From Podarcis filfolensis (taxonomy: Eukaryota): a DNA stretch of 64,000 nt. Shown here piece by piece: positions 48,955-59,998 of this stretch; the first letter of the stretch is position 1; every line of letters begins with the position of its first letter. The position numbers and the translations under genes are program-made. The DNA lies in the NCBI GenBank assembly GCA_964270895.1, contig OZ185440.1; one strand, 5' to 3'. Below the pieces are notes generated by a model. The model did no database searches. It was not told where the DNA came from and saw only the letters and a list, made by a program, of their open reading frames with translations.

Positions 48955-50271
48955 GCAGCTCATGATCCCAGCTTGGAAAATATTTTTCTTTCAGAATCCT
49001 GGCAGACAGCCTATGCAAAGACCACTATGCTGTCAGAAATGCAGAAGGGACAGAATGTCAATGGGAGGTTGATTTTGAGAAAGGTTCATGGGCAAGCACA
49101 CACATATGCCCTTATAATAAAGTCTCATGTCTTAGGGCATTCTTAAGAAGAAAATAACCATCAAAGTATCATGAAAATACATACAGAGTGAAAAGCTGAT
49201 ATAAGAAAGAATAATTTCTCCCCAGAACACTCAGTACCATACTACTAGAGTTCTGAGTCTCAAATTAATGCAGTATGAATCAGTGAAAGGCCTTAGTAAC
49301 TCTTAACTATTGCAGCTGTAACTGAATGACTCATCAACCATGAAGACAGAAATCCCATCAACCATTATCAGTATTGTCAATTGATCAAAAAAATGCACTT
49401 GATAAAATAGAATGGGTCTCTGTGTGGTAACAATATAAGTTTGATTGCACTTTGGCACACTTGCTGATCTTGATGCAGTGTATGAATGGTTAAACCAGGG
49501 GTTGAAAATCTTTACTGCTCCAGGGACCAGTTTTGACAGAGGGGAAGAACAATCTACCTGTGACATCACTGCGGAAATCCCATGATTGAAAGCTGTGTTG
49601 TTTGGCCCATCTGTCAAAATCCCTTGTGCATGATTCCCAAATGCCCAATAGCCAGTTGGTTGTTGGTATTTGGGAACCACAGCACAAGAGGCGTAGCCAG
49701 TTCTATGCCTGGAACTTTGGGAAGCACTGAGCATAGGCCTAGTAAATAAGTTCTTTCTCCTGCCCACCAGCTGGGAATGCTGCCTTTTCAGGCACTGGCC
49801 GCATGAGGGAATTCTTTTTCACACAGCCAATGCCTCCAAAATGCTCCCAGAACAAGGAGGGCCCTCACTGCCCATCAGTAGAAACTCCTTGCCCTCTTAG
49901 AGCTGGGCGTGCGCACACACACCACCCATCAGCAAAGTTCAGTTCAAGCTTCTGATTGTTCCTTTGGACCCACATCTGCATTTACTCCACACCAGATGCC
50001 ACATATAATGTTGTGAATGTCTGAGATCCATGCATGAAAAGGAACTGGCTAATTCATTGAATATGTGGCACTATAATTCCCTTACTAACCCTTTGTGTGT
50101 GTGTGTGTGTGTGGTGTTATCTTCCATAGCTACCTGTAACTGCAATATTTCTGTGCAACAAGTAGTTTCCTTGGCCATTTGCTAGTTTGATCTAACACCC
50201 TGGAGAAAAACTGGAACACACAATATGAGACAGCAGAATCTTGGTAGCTGCATCCCAGCAATCCATTATAG

Positions 50272-50388
50272 CAGCCTTCCCAACCTTATGCCTTCAACTC
50301 CTCTCAGCCACAGCCAGCAGAGCTAATAGTCAGGGAAGATAGGAGTTGTGATCCAAAACATCTGGAAGCACCAAGTTGAGGAAACCCG
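50272..50388. mobile_element. hAT MITE with perfect 8-bp TSD
   Basis: cattatag at 50264-50271 and 50389-50396 flank cagccttcccaac...gttgaggaaacccg. Confidence 0.7.
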
Positions 50389-50499
50389 CATTATAGAGTC
50401 CAGGCTTGTTTATTTACCACATTTGTTTCCAGCACTCTGCCCAAGAAGATCAAGGTGCAGTGCATGAAATTATTCCTGTTCTTCATCACACCACTGTGA

Positions 50500-50615
50500 A
50501 GAATGTAAGACCAAGATTTGTGCAAGGTCATCAGTAAAGCCACTGACTGAGTAGGGATTTGAACCCAGCTCTCCCTGTTCTACACTCAACACTCTTCCTA
50601 TTATACAACACTGTA
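50500..50615 (-). mobile_element. CORE/MIR-like SINE fragment
   Basis: caaggtcatcagtaaagccactgactgagtagggatttgaacccagctctcc, a reverse tRNA-like head. Confidence 0.55.
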
Positions 50616-52289
50616 TTTTTATGTGCAGGGTTTAGTACATTTAACTGCATCATTTAAGACAGGTTTCTTTTTCTTTACCAGCAACCAAGATCCTTCCTAG
50701 CCCAATAAGCAAGAGAATCTGAAATTACTCTTCATTTGAGAATGGTACACAACTTCCTATGTATCAAACTGCAGACACCTCACCTAATTGGCTAGCTATT
50801 GACCTGTTCTCATAGCAAGAACAATGATTCATTTGGCTTGGCCTTCTCCTTTCATGTGCTTCAAAGAAATGAATGTTCCTAACCAGGTCAGTGGTTCTGT
50901 GATTTGGGGGAAGTCACATGGTGGAAAGTCTTCCTTATCACTGAGGTGATGATGTGGAAGTGTAGTACACCAAGTTCTAAGAATAAGTCATATTTAAGCC
51001 AATATGGAAAAAAGACAACAGAAAAGGTTGGATCAATGACAACCTTTCAACACATCCCGTGGGCCTTAGGTTGAGGAAGGTTTTAGCTGTTTACTAGGTA
51101 CCAGGAAAAAGGTTCCTCCTGAGCTGTGGTGATCCTGCAATGAAACATGAGATCTGAGGGCACTCAGAAAAGGACGCACTTTCTGAAGGTGTCTTATCCC
51201 TGAAGTGACTGTTGTAAGCAGTGAGAGAACACAATGGCATGTTTTTACCAAACTAAATCCTATTGTAAATTATATTTAATTTGGGGAAACTAATTAAACT
51301 GATTGGATACATCGTTCTTAGACACTACCGATACAGCAAGTGCATAGAACTGACAATGTATCTTAGCAACAGGCAGCTTAAAATAGCATTTCTAATAGAA
51401 GTAGGAACCGGATGGTTGAACTGCGAGTTCTCAAAAGGAAGGAAATAATGAGGTGAAGAAGCAAACCAGTCTAAAATATCTCACTGTTAAGCATTCCTAT
51501 CCCCTCGTGAGGCTCTCTAAAACCCACAAGCAATTCGCTGGATCTTCTGCAAGTTCACAGTTATGGTCTGAGCTGGTTTCCATAAACATTACTAGGGAGA
51601 ACTGGGACTCTCCAATAGTACCCACACAAGCAAAGAATAACTTTCTCAGCAATGTATAAACCTGCAGAAAGTGTGCTGTTTAACAGACAAAGCTGTGCTA
51701 TACTGAGGCAAACCACTGATGAATCTAGCCTGGCACTGTCTGACGGGAAACAGCTTTTCAAGATCTCTGGGAGAGGTTGTTCCCAGACAGAAGACCTGAT
51801 TCTTCTTATTCCACACCTCATGCAATGGCAAAGTAAATATATTTGATTTTATAAGGTAAGGCTGCCTTGGAGTAAAGGGGGGGGGGAGGCTGGTAAATAA
51901 GGAAGGCCTGTGATCACATGGAGGAAGCTGCTGCCCTTGGTGTTGATCCTTCCATCCAGTTCAGCATACAGTTATAAATTATAAGATAAAGAGACTGCGT
52001 TAAAAAGATGAGATTTGTAACCAGCACAGTGCTAAGTAACCATCCCATTAGCGCAAGAATTTCCACTTGTGCAGTGGATAGCTTATTTACTTTTCTTGGA
52101 CACAGAGGGAAGACCTGTGTGCACCCCACACCCTCCCCAAATTTGCTCAGGAGGTTGGAGGAACCCCTAGAACAGACTGTGCAAAGTCCCATTGTACAAA
52201 CAGAATCCTTGTGCTGACAGGACAGTTACGTAGTGCTGCATTTGATACCAGCTTATCTTTTCAACACTAATGCTGCAATAGATGAGACG

Positions 52290-52310
52290 TTCAGCACCAA
52301 GGACAGAATT
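52290..52310 (+). promoter_or_regulatory. RE1/NRSE (REST-binding) motif in SLC6A17 intron 1
   Basis: TTCAGCACCAAGGACAGAATT vs consensus TTCAGCACCACGGACAGCGCC: 16 of the first 17 positions match, with the canonical 2-nt spacer. Confidence 0.7.
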
Positions 52311-52607
52311 CTTTCTCCATGTGTCATAATTTCCTTCTTTTGGGACAATGTAAGCTTCCTGTTTTACTGCAGTAGCATGGCCTGCATATCACATGCAGGC
52401 CATATCAGAATATGGACTTTCTTTTGTTTTCTTTTTGCCATACATCTCCTCATATTTGCCAGTAGCCGATCAGAAAGCCTCACTGATCCCAATTATCAAA
52501 ATATAAGCATAGTAAGCTTATTAGAATGACCTACATTCTTACCATCAGCTTGGTTTGGGAAGTCAACCACCAATACACCTTTTACTACCATCAGATCCAA
52601 AAGATTG

Positions 52608-52752
52608 TGCCTGGATAGCTCAGTTGGTTACAGCATGGTGCTGATAACACCAAGGTTGCAGGTTTGATCCCCGTATGGGACAGTTGCATATTCCTGCATT
52701 GGGGTTTCACTAGATTATTCACAGGGTCCCTTCCAACTCTACAATTCTCTCA
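52608..52752 (+). mobile_element. SINE with tRNA-Ile-derived head and CR1-like tail
   Basis: ggatagctcagttggttacagcatggtgctgataacaccaaggttgcaggtttgatccccgtatggg aligns to vertebrate tRNA-Ile. Tail gggtcccttccaactctacaattct. Confidence 0.75.
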
Positions 52753-53489
52753 TTTTGTGCCAATATCAATTGAACTATTTTGAAGCAAGCCTTGAATCAA
52801 GGTTAGATGTCATGAAAAGAATATTATTACAATATAGCTATATGCCTGTAGCATAATGAGCTACATGGTTATTATCCCATAAAACATATTCTTTGTCTTC
52901 TGATGTCATCTGTTCCTGCAAACTCCTCCTTCATCCTGCTGTCTGCCATGCCATCCCTCTTAATGATGCCATTGGCTGATCTGCTCCAAAGTCCACATGG
53001 GGCTTTGCAAGTAATGTGGCATCAGTCCTCTGGCTGTCTCCGACTCAGCTGCTCTGATGTTGCAAAGACAGCAGCCTTAAACCATGCAGCTGAGGGCTAA
53101 AGAAAATTTAGCAGACACAGTTGGAACCCCAAGGCTGCATTCAGCTATGTACAGTAGGCGTGTGTTATCACCATAAAACATATGACTAAGGCAGATTGAG
53201 GGTGGGGGTGCCTAAGGCCACTCAATAAATTCATGTGAGAGCAGAGATTTGAAGAGAGTAGTTTCCCATGTCATGTTATCCTTGCACACACAGCAGCCCT
53301 CTGCATGCTCAGTAAAGTAGACACACCTGGGGATACTATAGTTTGCCATGCTCATGTTGGCAAAAAAGTGCTGCTCCAAACTGGGTCAGCTTGCAGGGGC
53401 ACTTCTGTATGAGAGGCATTGTGCTATTGTGGTGGTTGGCATTCCCAGCCTTAAAATGAGTTTTCCTAGTGCAGTTTCTTGCGAGGTCA

Positions 53490-53650
53490 AGCCATGAGAG
53501 CATCTGCTTTGCATGCAGAAGGTGCCAGGTTCAATCCCCTGCATCTCCAGGCAGGACGGGGGGTGTCCCCTGCCTGAAACCCTGGAGAGCCAATGTTAGT
53601 GTAATACAGAATGGACCAATGGTCTGACTTGGTGTAAGTCAGCTTTCTAT
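53490..53650 (+). mobile_element. SINE with tRNA-Ala-like head
   Basis: agagcatctgctttgcatgcagaaggtgccaggttcaatcccctgcatctcca, followed by the family body. Confidence 0.7.
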
Positions 53651-54499
53651 AGTCCCACTGATGCTAATTTCTTACACTGATGCTGCACAGATGTGAATAA
53701 TAGAAATTAAACCAGGGAGTGAGAAGAAATAAATTCAGTTACCCTGTTTCATTTATTTCAGGAACAATTCACAGGGAAAATCTCCTCTGCAAGCAGTGCT
53801 CACTGAAGTGAGTAAGAATTGCTTTAGAGCAGAGCCCACTGTCCAGCTCGCACTGGTGCCTTACAATGGATAGCAGAGAGGTATAACAAGAGACACACTT
53901 TGTATGCTAATATGTGCAATGTTAGCACAGGTTCTCTATTCACACCTTCCAGCTTCTTTGGGGAGGGGGATTGTTCCTTATGCTGGTGACCTTTAGCACA
54001 CAAACAACCCACAAAACTCACCCCACGTGGCCTTGTGTCTGAATGGATATTGCCAGAGCAAAGTATATCCTTCGATGGTTTGATTGTATCTCTCAAGTGC
54101 AAAAATGACACTGGGCACAAAATTCAGCACCCTAAAAAACCCACAGCTTTCATATGGGGAAAACAGAGTTTCTAGCTCTCCTGAGGCTATGAAGACAAGC
54201 TTGGAAGTAGATGAGTGGCACTCCCCTATCAAATATCAGGAGGAGGGCTGAGCAGGATTTCTAGTGCCTGGATTTGTTCTGTTTCCCCCAGTAATAATCT
54301 AAAACAGAGGCAATTCTACAGAACATGCAAAGATAGTCAAATTGGCCTGCTTTAAAAAATTACATCAGTCAGACAATTCAGCGGTGTGATTTTTCAATAA
54401 GAATTTGAGCAAAATTGGCAAAGAATTTTGTTGCTGCTGTTGGTTACACTGCCCTAAACATTGTTAACAATATAATGGATCTTCTTTCCAAAGACTTGC

Positions 54500-54675
54500 T
54501 ATCGGATGCTAAAAATGGGCCAATGTCTAGAATCTTGGACCTTAGAGACTTGAGCTCAAATCCCTGCCGAGCCATGAATTCACTGGGTATTGGGCACATC
54601 ACACTCTCTCAGCCCCAATTATTCCTCTGCAAAACATGGATAATAACAACATATGGCACAGGTTTGTTGTGAGCT
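54500..54675 (+). mobile_element. CORE/MIR-like SINE
   Basis: gagctcaaatccctgccgagccatgaattcactggg...tctctcagcccc...ctgcaaaacatggataataac...caggtttgttgtgag. Confidence 0.6.
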
Positions 54676-56478
54676 GGAATACAGGGGTGGGGGTGGGGAG
54701 ATAGTGTTTTTGCACGGTGGCAGAACAATCCTATTGGGGAGGGGGAAAGATTCTGTGGTGCAGCTAAAAACACTTCTTAAACCCTGACAGCTTGCTGCCA
54801 GGCAAGGGTGGGGGTCAGGAGACTGCTTTTTCTTACCCTTTTCTTTGCCATTTCCCACCACCCTTCCCATTGCCGTCAGTGGGAGGAAATTAACCATGGC
54901 AGCGTACAGGCTGGCAAAGGGCTCCTCTTAAGGCCATGTTACGTGAATGAGGGTGCTTAGGATCCTGTGCATCCTCAATACAGAGACACCAAAGGATCCT
55001 TTCCCCCTGCCCCCCCCCACACTGTGTGGGACATCCCAACAGCAAGCCTTCTTCCACTTGGCAGGAGAGAAGCACTTATGATGCATCTAAGAGCTGCTCT
55101 GCTGTTCTGTGGTCACCTTTAGAAGCCTAAAAGTGCCATCGGGTAAGATTCAGCTGTGTTGCTGCACAAGCAGAATGAAGTCCACTCACTGAACAAGAAT
55201 TAAGCTGCCTCTCCTCCCCTTTGCTCTGGAGGATGGGGGGGGGGTACCCAAAACAGGAGCATGTGGGAGTTCCCTTGCCAAGCAGACCTCATCCCACTCA
55301 CATATATCCCAATTAATGCCATGTTGAATTCCACTTGTAGGCCTTTATTATTAAAAAAATTATTACTAGTAATAAAAGACGCCACAGCTTACTCAACAGC
55401 ACTCTTATGGGGGGCTCAAGGCAAGACTTATTTCACAGCATTGCGTTTGGGAGTCTATCAGGGAGAGCTAGGGAGCTAATTACAAAACACATCTCAACTC
55501 TTTGTGTCCCCACATCAATACTTTCATAGATGTCTCCATTTGTTTTCATATCTCAAAGGAGAGAGAAAGAGAGAGACTTTGCACCATCATTGGCCAGAAA
55601 ATGAGTAAAAAGGGGCTATTCATCCAATACAGGCCATGTTCATTTCTTGTTTGGTATCATAGCAGCATATATAAGTTATAACAATATGACCCTGTATTTG
55701 AAGGCAGTGAAAGCTAGTAATCATATGACTCCCTTAATGATGTGAATGCATTCACAAGGTGGAGTTTTTCTATTTAGAGCCTGAGGGCAAATTGGTTCTT
55801 TACCACAAAAACAGAAGGCTAATCTTCCCATGGAAATCTGTAGCAGGGGATTCAGGGTTAAAACTGGGGGCTGCACCTTCATGGAAGACAGCATTGCCAA
55901 CATAAACTATATTCACCATCTTACTCTCTTGCAGCAAAAGCAACTGTCTTGTGGCACTTTAAATCAGGTCAACAAAACTTACAATGGCACAAGCTTTCGT
56001 GCACTATGGTTTACTTCCAATACGTACCCGCAGGAATACGGTTCACTTCCAATACATACCTGCTTTCTCCCCTTGCTCTGATATACATTCCCCTCCCCTC
56101 TATCTCTGATCTTGGAGGGTTGCTGTAGTGATAACAAAGAAAGGAGGCAAAAAAATGGCTTCACTAACTCCCCTGGGAGACATGAAGACAGAGGAGGAGC
56201 AGAGCGATGCAGGTGTGAGGCCCAAAGCTGCTGAAAGAGAAAAGGTCACCCTTGAGGAAGGGCAAGAGGAGAGGGACAGATGGAGAGATGGCACTGCTGA
56301 ATGATGTCAGGAGGACCCCCCCAGAGGCCACCAGCAATGCATTCTCCATGATTAATAATGGATGTGGCATTTCTAGCTGCGCCAAGTGCCTTGCCATTTT
56401 AAAACTCATTTTAAATCTCTCATCCTCCTTCTGCGCACGCACACACATACACACACAACCTTGCGAGTTCCATCACTG

Positions 56479-56594
56479 CTGGGGTAGTTTAGTCAGTAGA
56501 GCATGACTCTTAATCTCATATGGGTTTGAGCCCCATGCTGGGCAAAAATATTCTTGCACCCTTGTGGTCCATCCCAACTCTACAATTCTATGAT
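56479..56594 (+). mobile_element. SINE with tRNA-Lys(CTT)-derived head and CR1-like tail
   Basis: tagtttagtcagtagagcatgactcttaatctca..tgggtttgagccccatgctgggc aligns to tRNA-Lys-CTT with deletions. Tail cccaactctacaattctatgat. Confidence 0.7.
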
Positions 56595-56969
56595 ACTATT
56601 ATTATTGTCACATTAGAAATGGGGAGCAGACCCAGGGCCACGCAGAGGCTAAGCTAGGAATGGAACCCTGAACTCCTAGATCCAACATTCTGTCTGAAAG
56701 TCCCTATTGAATCTCAGCATCAGAGAATGAGCTTTCTGGAAGACAGGCAAGCAAATTGAAACTTTATTATTCCCTTGAGAACATCAAGATGGATAGAGAC
56801 GCCCTTCTAAAAGGATGCTTCTCTGCAGCTAAAAATAAGTCACAGGCTGGGGAGATCCATATGGGCTGTGCAACAGAAGAGACCCTGCTGGATTATCCGA
56901 CAGTTTTATCTAACCTTAGGATCTGTGAAACATATGTCCACAAACAGGAAGAGCCAAAACCAGGGGAAG

Positions 56970-57110
56970 GGCCATAGCTCAGTGGCAGAGCATCTGCTTT
57001 GCATACAGAAAGTCTCAGGTCCAATCCCTTGCATCTCCAGATAGGCCTAGGAAAGACTCTTGTATGAAGCCCATGAGGGCTGCTATTAGTTAGTGGGGAC
57101 AATATCAAGC
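56970..57110 (+). mobile_element. SINE with tRNA-Ala-like head
   Basis: ggccatagctcagtggcagagcatctgctttgcatacagaaagtctcaggtccaatcccttgcatctcca. Confidence 0.7.
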
Positions 57111-58779
57111 TTTCTAAGTTCATTATTAAGTTATAGTGGCATGCTGCATAGTAATTCAATGTCATTTGTAGAGACTATGCTAGCCTTACAATTAGGTGGT
57201 CGTGGTGGAGATCTAGGAACATACTAATATGGAACAGCACTTTTGTTGCTGTAGCAGAAGAGGAAAGGTACATCCTGAATTCTTGGCACATGTGCTTCTG
57301 CTGCTTATGCACAACAAGGAATGAACGGAGGTTGGAGGACCTGATGCTATGAGCAGAGGGAAGATGTGGGAAAGTGGTCTGAGGCTGGATATGAAGCATA
57401 AATGGTTAATAAGTCATGGCACATCAAGGCATGGAGTGCAGGGCATATTGGAGGAAATGGAAACCAGATAGTCCAATAAGGGGTCTGTTCATCCAGCTGC
57501 AGGACCTGGAATGGTAGTGAAGGAGGCCTTATCAGAGATTGACAAGCAAAAGGACCAGGTGAGGTGGGATAGGGGATAATCCTCCAGCAGCCTGAGGATG
57601 GTGCCATTAAATGGTGCAGTAGGCACCATTTAAACATTTCTTCTGGGGCACTAAAACACCCACATAGCTTGCACATAGCTCCTGAGATAGGAATTTGATT
57701 CCAGATTCACTCTGGTTTAAGCAAAAGTGTTAATGGAGCTTTGCACACATGCTTCCAATTGCAAATGCAAATCAGGAGCAAACACCATAAACACAATCTA
57801 TTTTTTAGGCAGTTATGTTACAGTCAGAGCTGCTTCTTAATAGGAAGGCTATTTGGATCTGTCACTTTCCACTTCCAAACCCCATTCAAGTACGTACGTC
57901 AATAGCTGATGACTTGGATTGTATTTTAAAAGGGTTTATTGATCATTTCAAAAAGAGCATACTAAAAAGGAAGATTCAATGCATAGGATTTATATCAAAT
58001 ACAATGGCATCTTTTTTTCCACCAGGGCTAAAAGCAGAACTGGCTTCCCAATGCAGCCAACATTTCACAAATGCCAAGGGTTTTTTTAAAAAATGAAACA
58101 AGGCAAACCTCTAGCATCCTCTCCCCCACCCTAAACCACAGCTTAGGAGTCAAATGAATGCAGCTTCTTGTGGCCCATCTTCTATACCCCTAACTTCTGC
58201 GATGAATTGTCCCAGAGAGAGGTGGGGCCAAGCGAGCCAGGATTCAAGTGCTGGCGTTTCATTATTCATGAGGACGGAGTGGTTTCTGCTTCCTTTCCCA
58301 ATGTTACAATCAAGGTCACACTTCAGGCTGCGTGGATTTCAGGATGGCCACTGACGATCTATATACCTCGCTCCCCACCCCATACTTAAAATGACAGCTC
58401 TCCAAGCATCTCTTCGGAAGGGATGGTGGCAATCCCTCCGGGCTTCAGCAAAGGGCGATTTGCTCGTCTCTCTCTCTCTCTCTCTCCCCCCCCCATCTAT
58501 CCTGCCCAAACGTGCCTCCTTCCGTTCCGCATCGCTGGCTATTTTTAGGCTTCAGGTGACGCGCCTCTTCGCCTTGCTCCCTTTTCCCTTTTCTCCACCC
58601 TTGGTCCACCTGCCTTCCTCCTCCCCAGTTGCTAGGCGAGATCCTTTTTCCATCCTCGCCTAGCAACCGGGAGTTTCCTCTCTCTCCCCCCCCCCCCCCG
58701 TCCTTTTGGTAAAGTGATGGAAACAAGCAGATCCTACCTGCGTACCGGGAAGAAACAGATGGAAGACGAAGGAGAAGGC

Positions 58780-59600
58780 GCGAGGAGGCGCCGCACCTGC
58801 CCCCAAAAGGGCTCACTCTTCCTTACCTTCCTTACCAGCGGGCTGCCCGCCCCGTCGGCGCGCCGTCGAGGAACAACTCTGGGACGCAGGACGGAAGGCG
58901 GCTGCGCTGGGCCGGGCGGACCTCTGACAACTCGCCGGGGAAAGTGCTCTGGCGGCTGGGCAATGGGAGGAAGGCAAAGCCGCGCGCCCTGACCTGACGC
59001 ACGCCTCGGCTTACCCAGGTGGCCGCGCCGCGCTCGGGCCGCTCTTCGCCCAGTCGCTCCGCTGCTGCTGCCGCTTCTCCTCCTACTCCCCGAAGGCTCG
59101 CTCTTTCTGCGGCTCTGTCAGGTCCGTCGGCTCGTCGCCGTCGAGAGACCACGGAGCGGGCTGCGTCGTCGTCGCCACGAGAGCACCTTGGCGCTGCTCG
59201 CCTTTCCCCAGGCAAGGAGAGCGTCTTTTGGCCGGGCGCGCGTGACGTAGGCTTGAGTCACTCGCCGACGCGCGTCAGTGGGAAAGCGCGGGGCTTCGGC
59301 TGGCAACGGGCTCGGCTCGCCGCCCTTCGGGGATCCGGCGGCGGGAGGGGGTCGCGGGGTAGCAGCCAGCCGCCTCTCCCCCCCACACACCCGGCGCCCC
59401 AGAGCGGTGGCATGGGGGCCCGAGCGGGGTTAGACGCTGCTGCTGCTCCGCGGACCCTCGAGGCCCCTCCCCGGCAGGGCCAACCAACACCTGATGCTTC
59501 GGTGAAAGGCGCGCTTTTCCCGGCATGCCTCGGGCGAGCCGCTTGGGCACTGCGGGAAAGTGTCCGCAATCGCGAGCAGCCTGTGGTGTGGATGGACGTG
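58780..59600. promoter_or_regulatory. CpG island, probable SLC6A17 promoter
   Basis: Dense CpG/GC block 12 kb upstream of the first coding exon, containing CRE/AP-1-like motifs at 59243-59277. Confidence 0.8.
59015..59230 (-). other. SLC6A17: Probable SLC6A17 non-coding exon 1 (5' end approximate)
   Basis: Donor TGG|GTAAGC at 59015/59014 inside a CpG island; no ATG on the minus strand in this stretch. Mammalian SLC6A17 has a non-coding first exon. Confidence 0.6.
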
Positions 59601-59858
59601 CTGCCACCTGGAAGATCAGAAGAGTTCCAACGCATATAGGCAAGGCAGTATTATCAAGGGCCCAGAGTTTGGGTCTGAAGAATCAGGAACTTCCCAGTTC
59701 AGAGAGCTCAAGCTCTGGAGCAGTCTAAAGGCCACACACTTGAAAAGATCCAGCCAGGGCATCTTCACCACACAGACAGGGATCTGTCTAAAAAGTTGTG
59801 TGCTCCGAGTGGAAAGCAGAAGGGAAGAAGCCCAAACCAAGGAACTAGTGCCATCATC

Positions 59859-59998
59859 CAGTGGCGTAGCGTGGGGGGTGCAGGGGGGCCGGCCGCACCG
59901 GGCGCAACATCTGGGGGTTAGGGGGCGCAAATCCACAGGTTAGGGGGCGGAAATTACTTGCCTTGCCCCGGGTGCTGACAACCCACGCTACGCCACTG
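59859..59998. mobile_element. Young non-autonomous hAT element, 140 bp
   Basis: Perfect 17-bp TIR CAGTGGCGTAGCGTGGG/CCCACGCTACGCCACTG and perfect 8-bp TSD ccatcatc (59851-59858 and 59999-60006). Confidence 0.9.

Noticed and set aside
48880-49146. Poly-Asn ORF
   Set aside because: Produced by an (AAC)15 microsatellite, antisense within an intron.
52608-57110. tRNA-like sequences as real tRNA genes
   Set aside because: Stems are broken by substitutions and deletions, there is no oligo-T terminator, and each continues into a SINE body or tail.
58832-59943. Overlapping ORFs in the SLC6A17 CpG island
   Set aside because: Same GC artefact; the region is better explained as promoter and non-coding exon 1.
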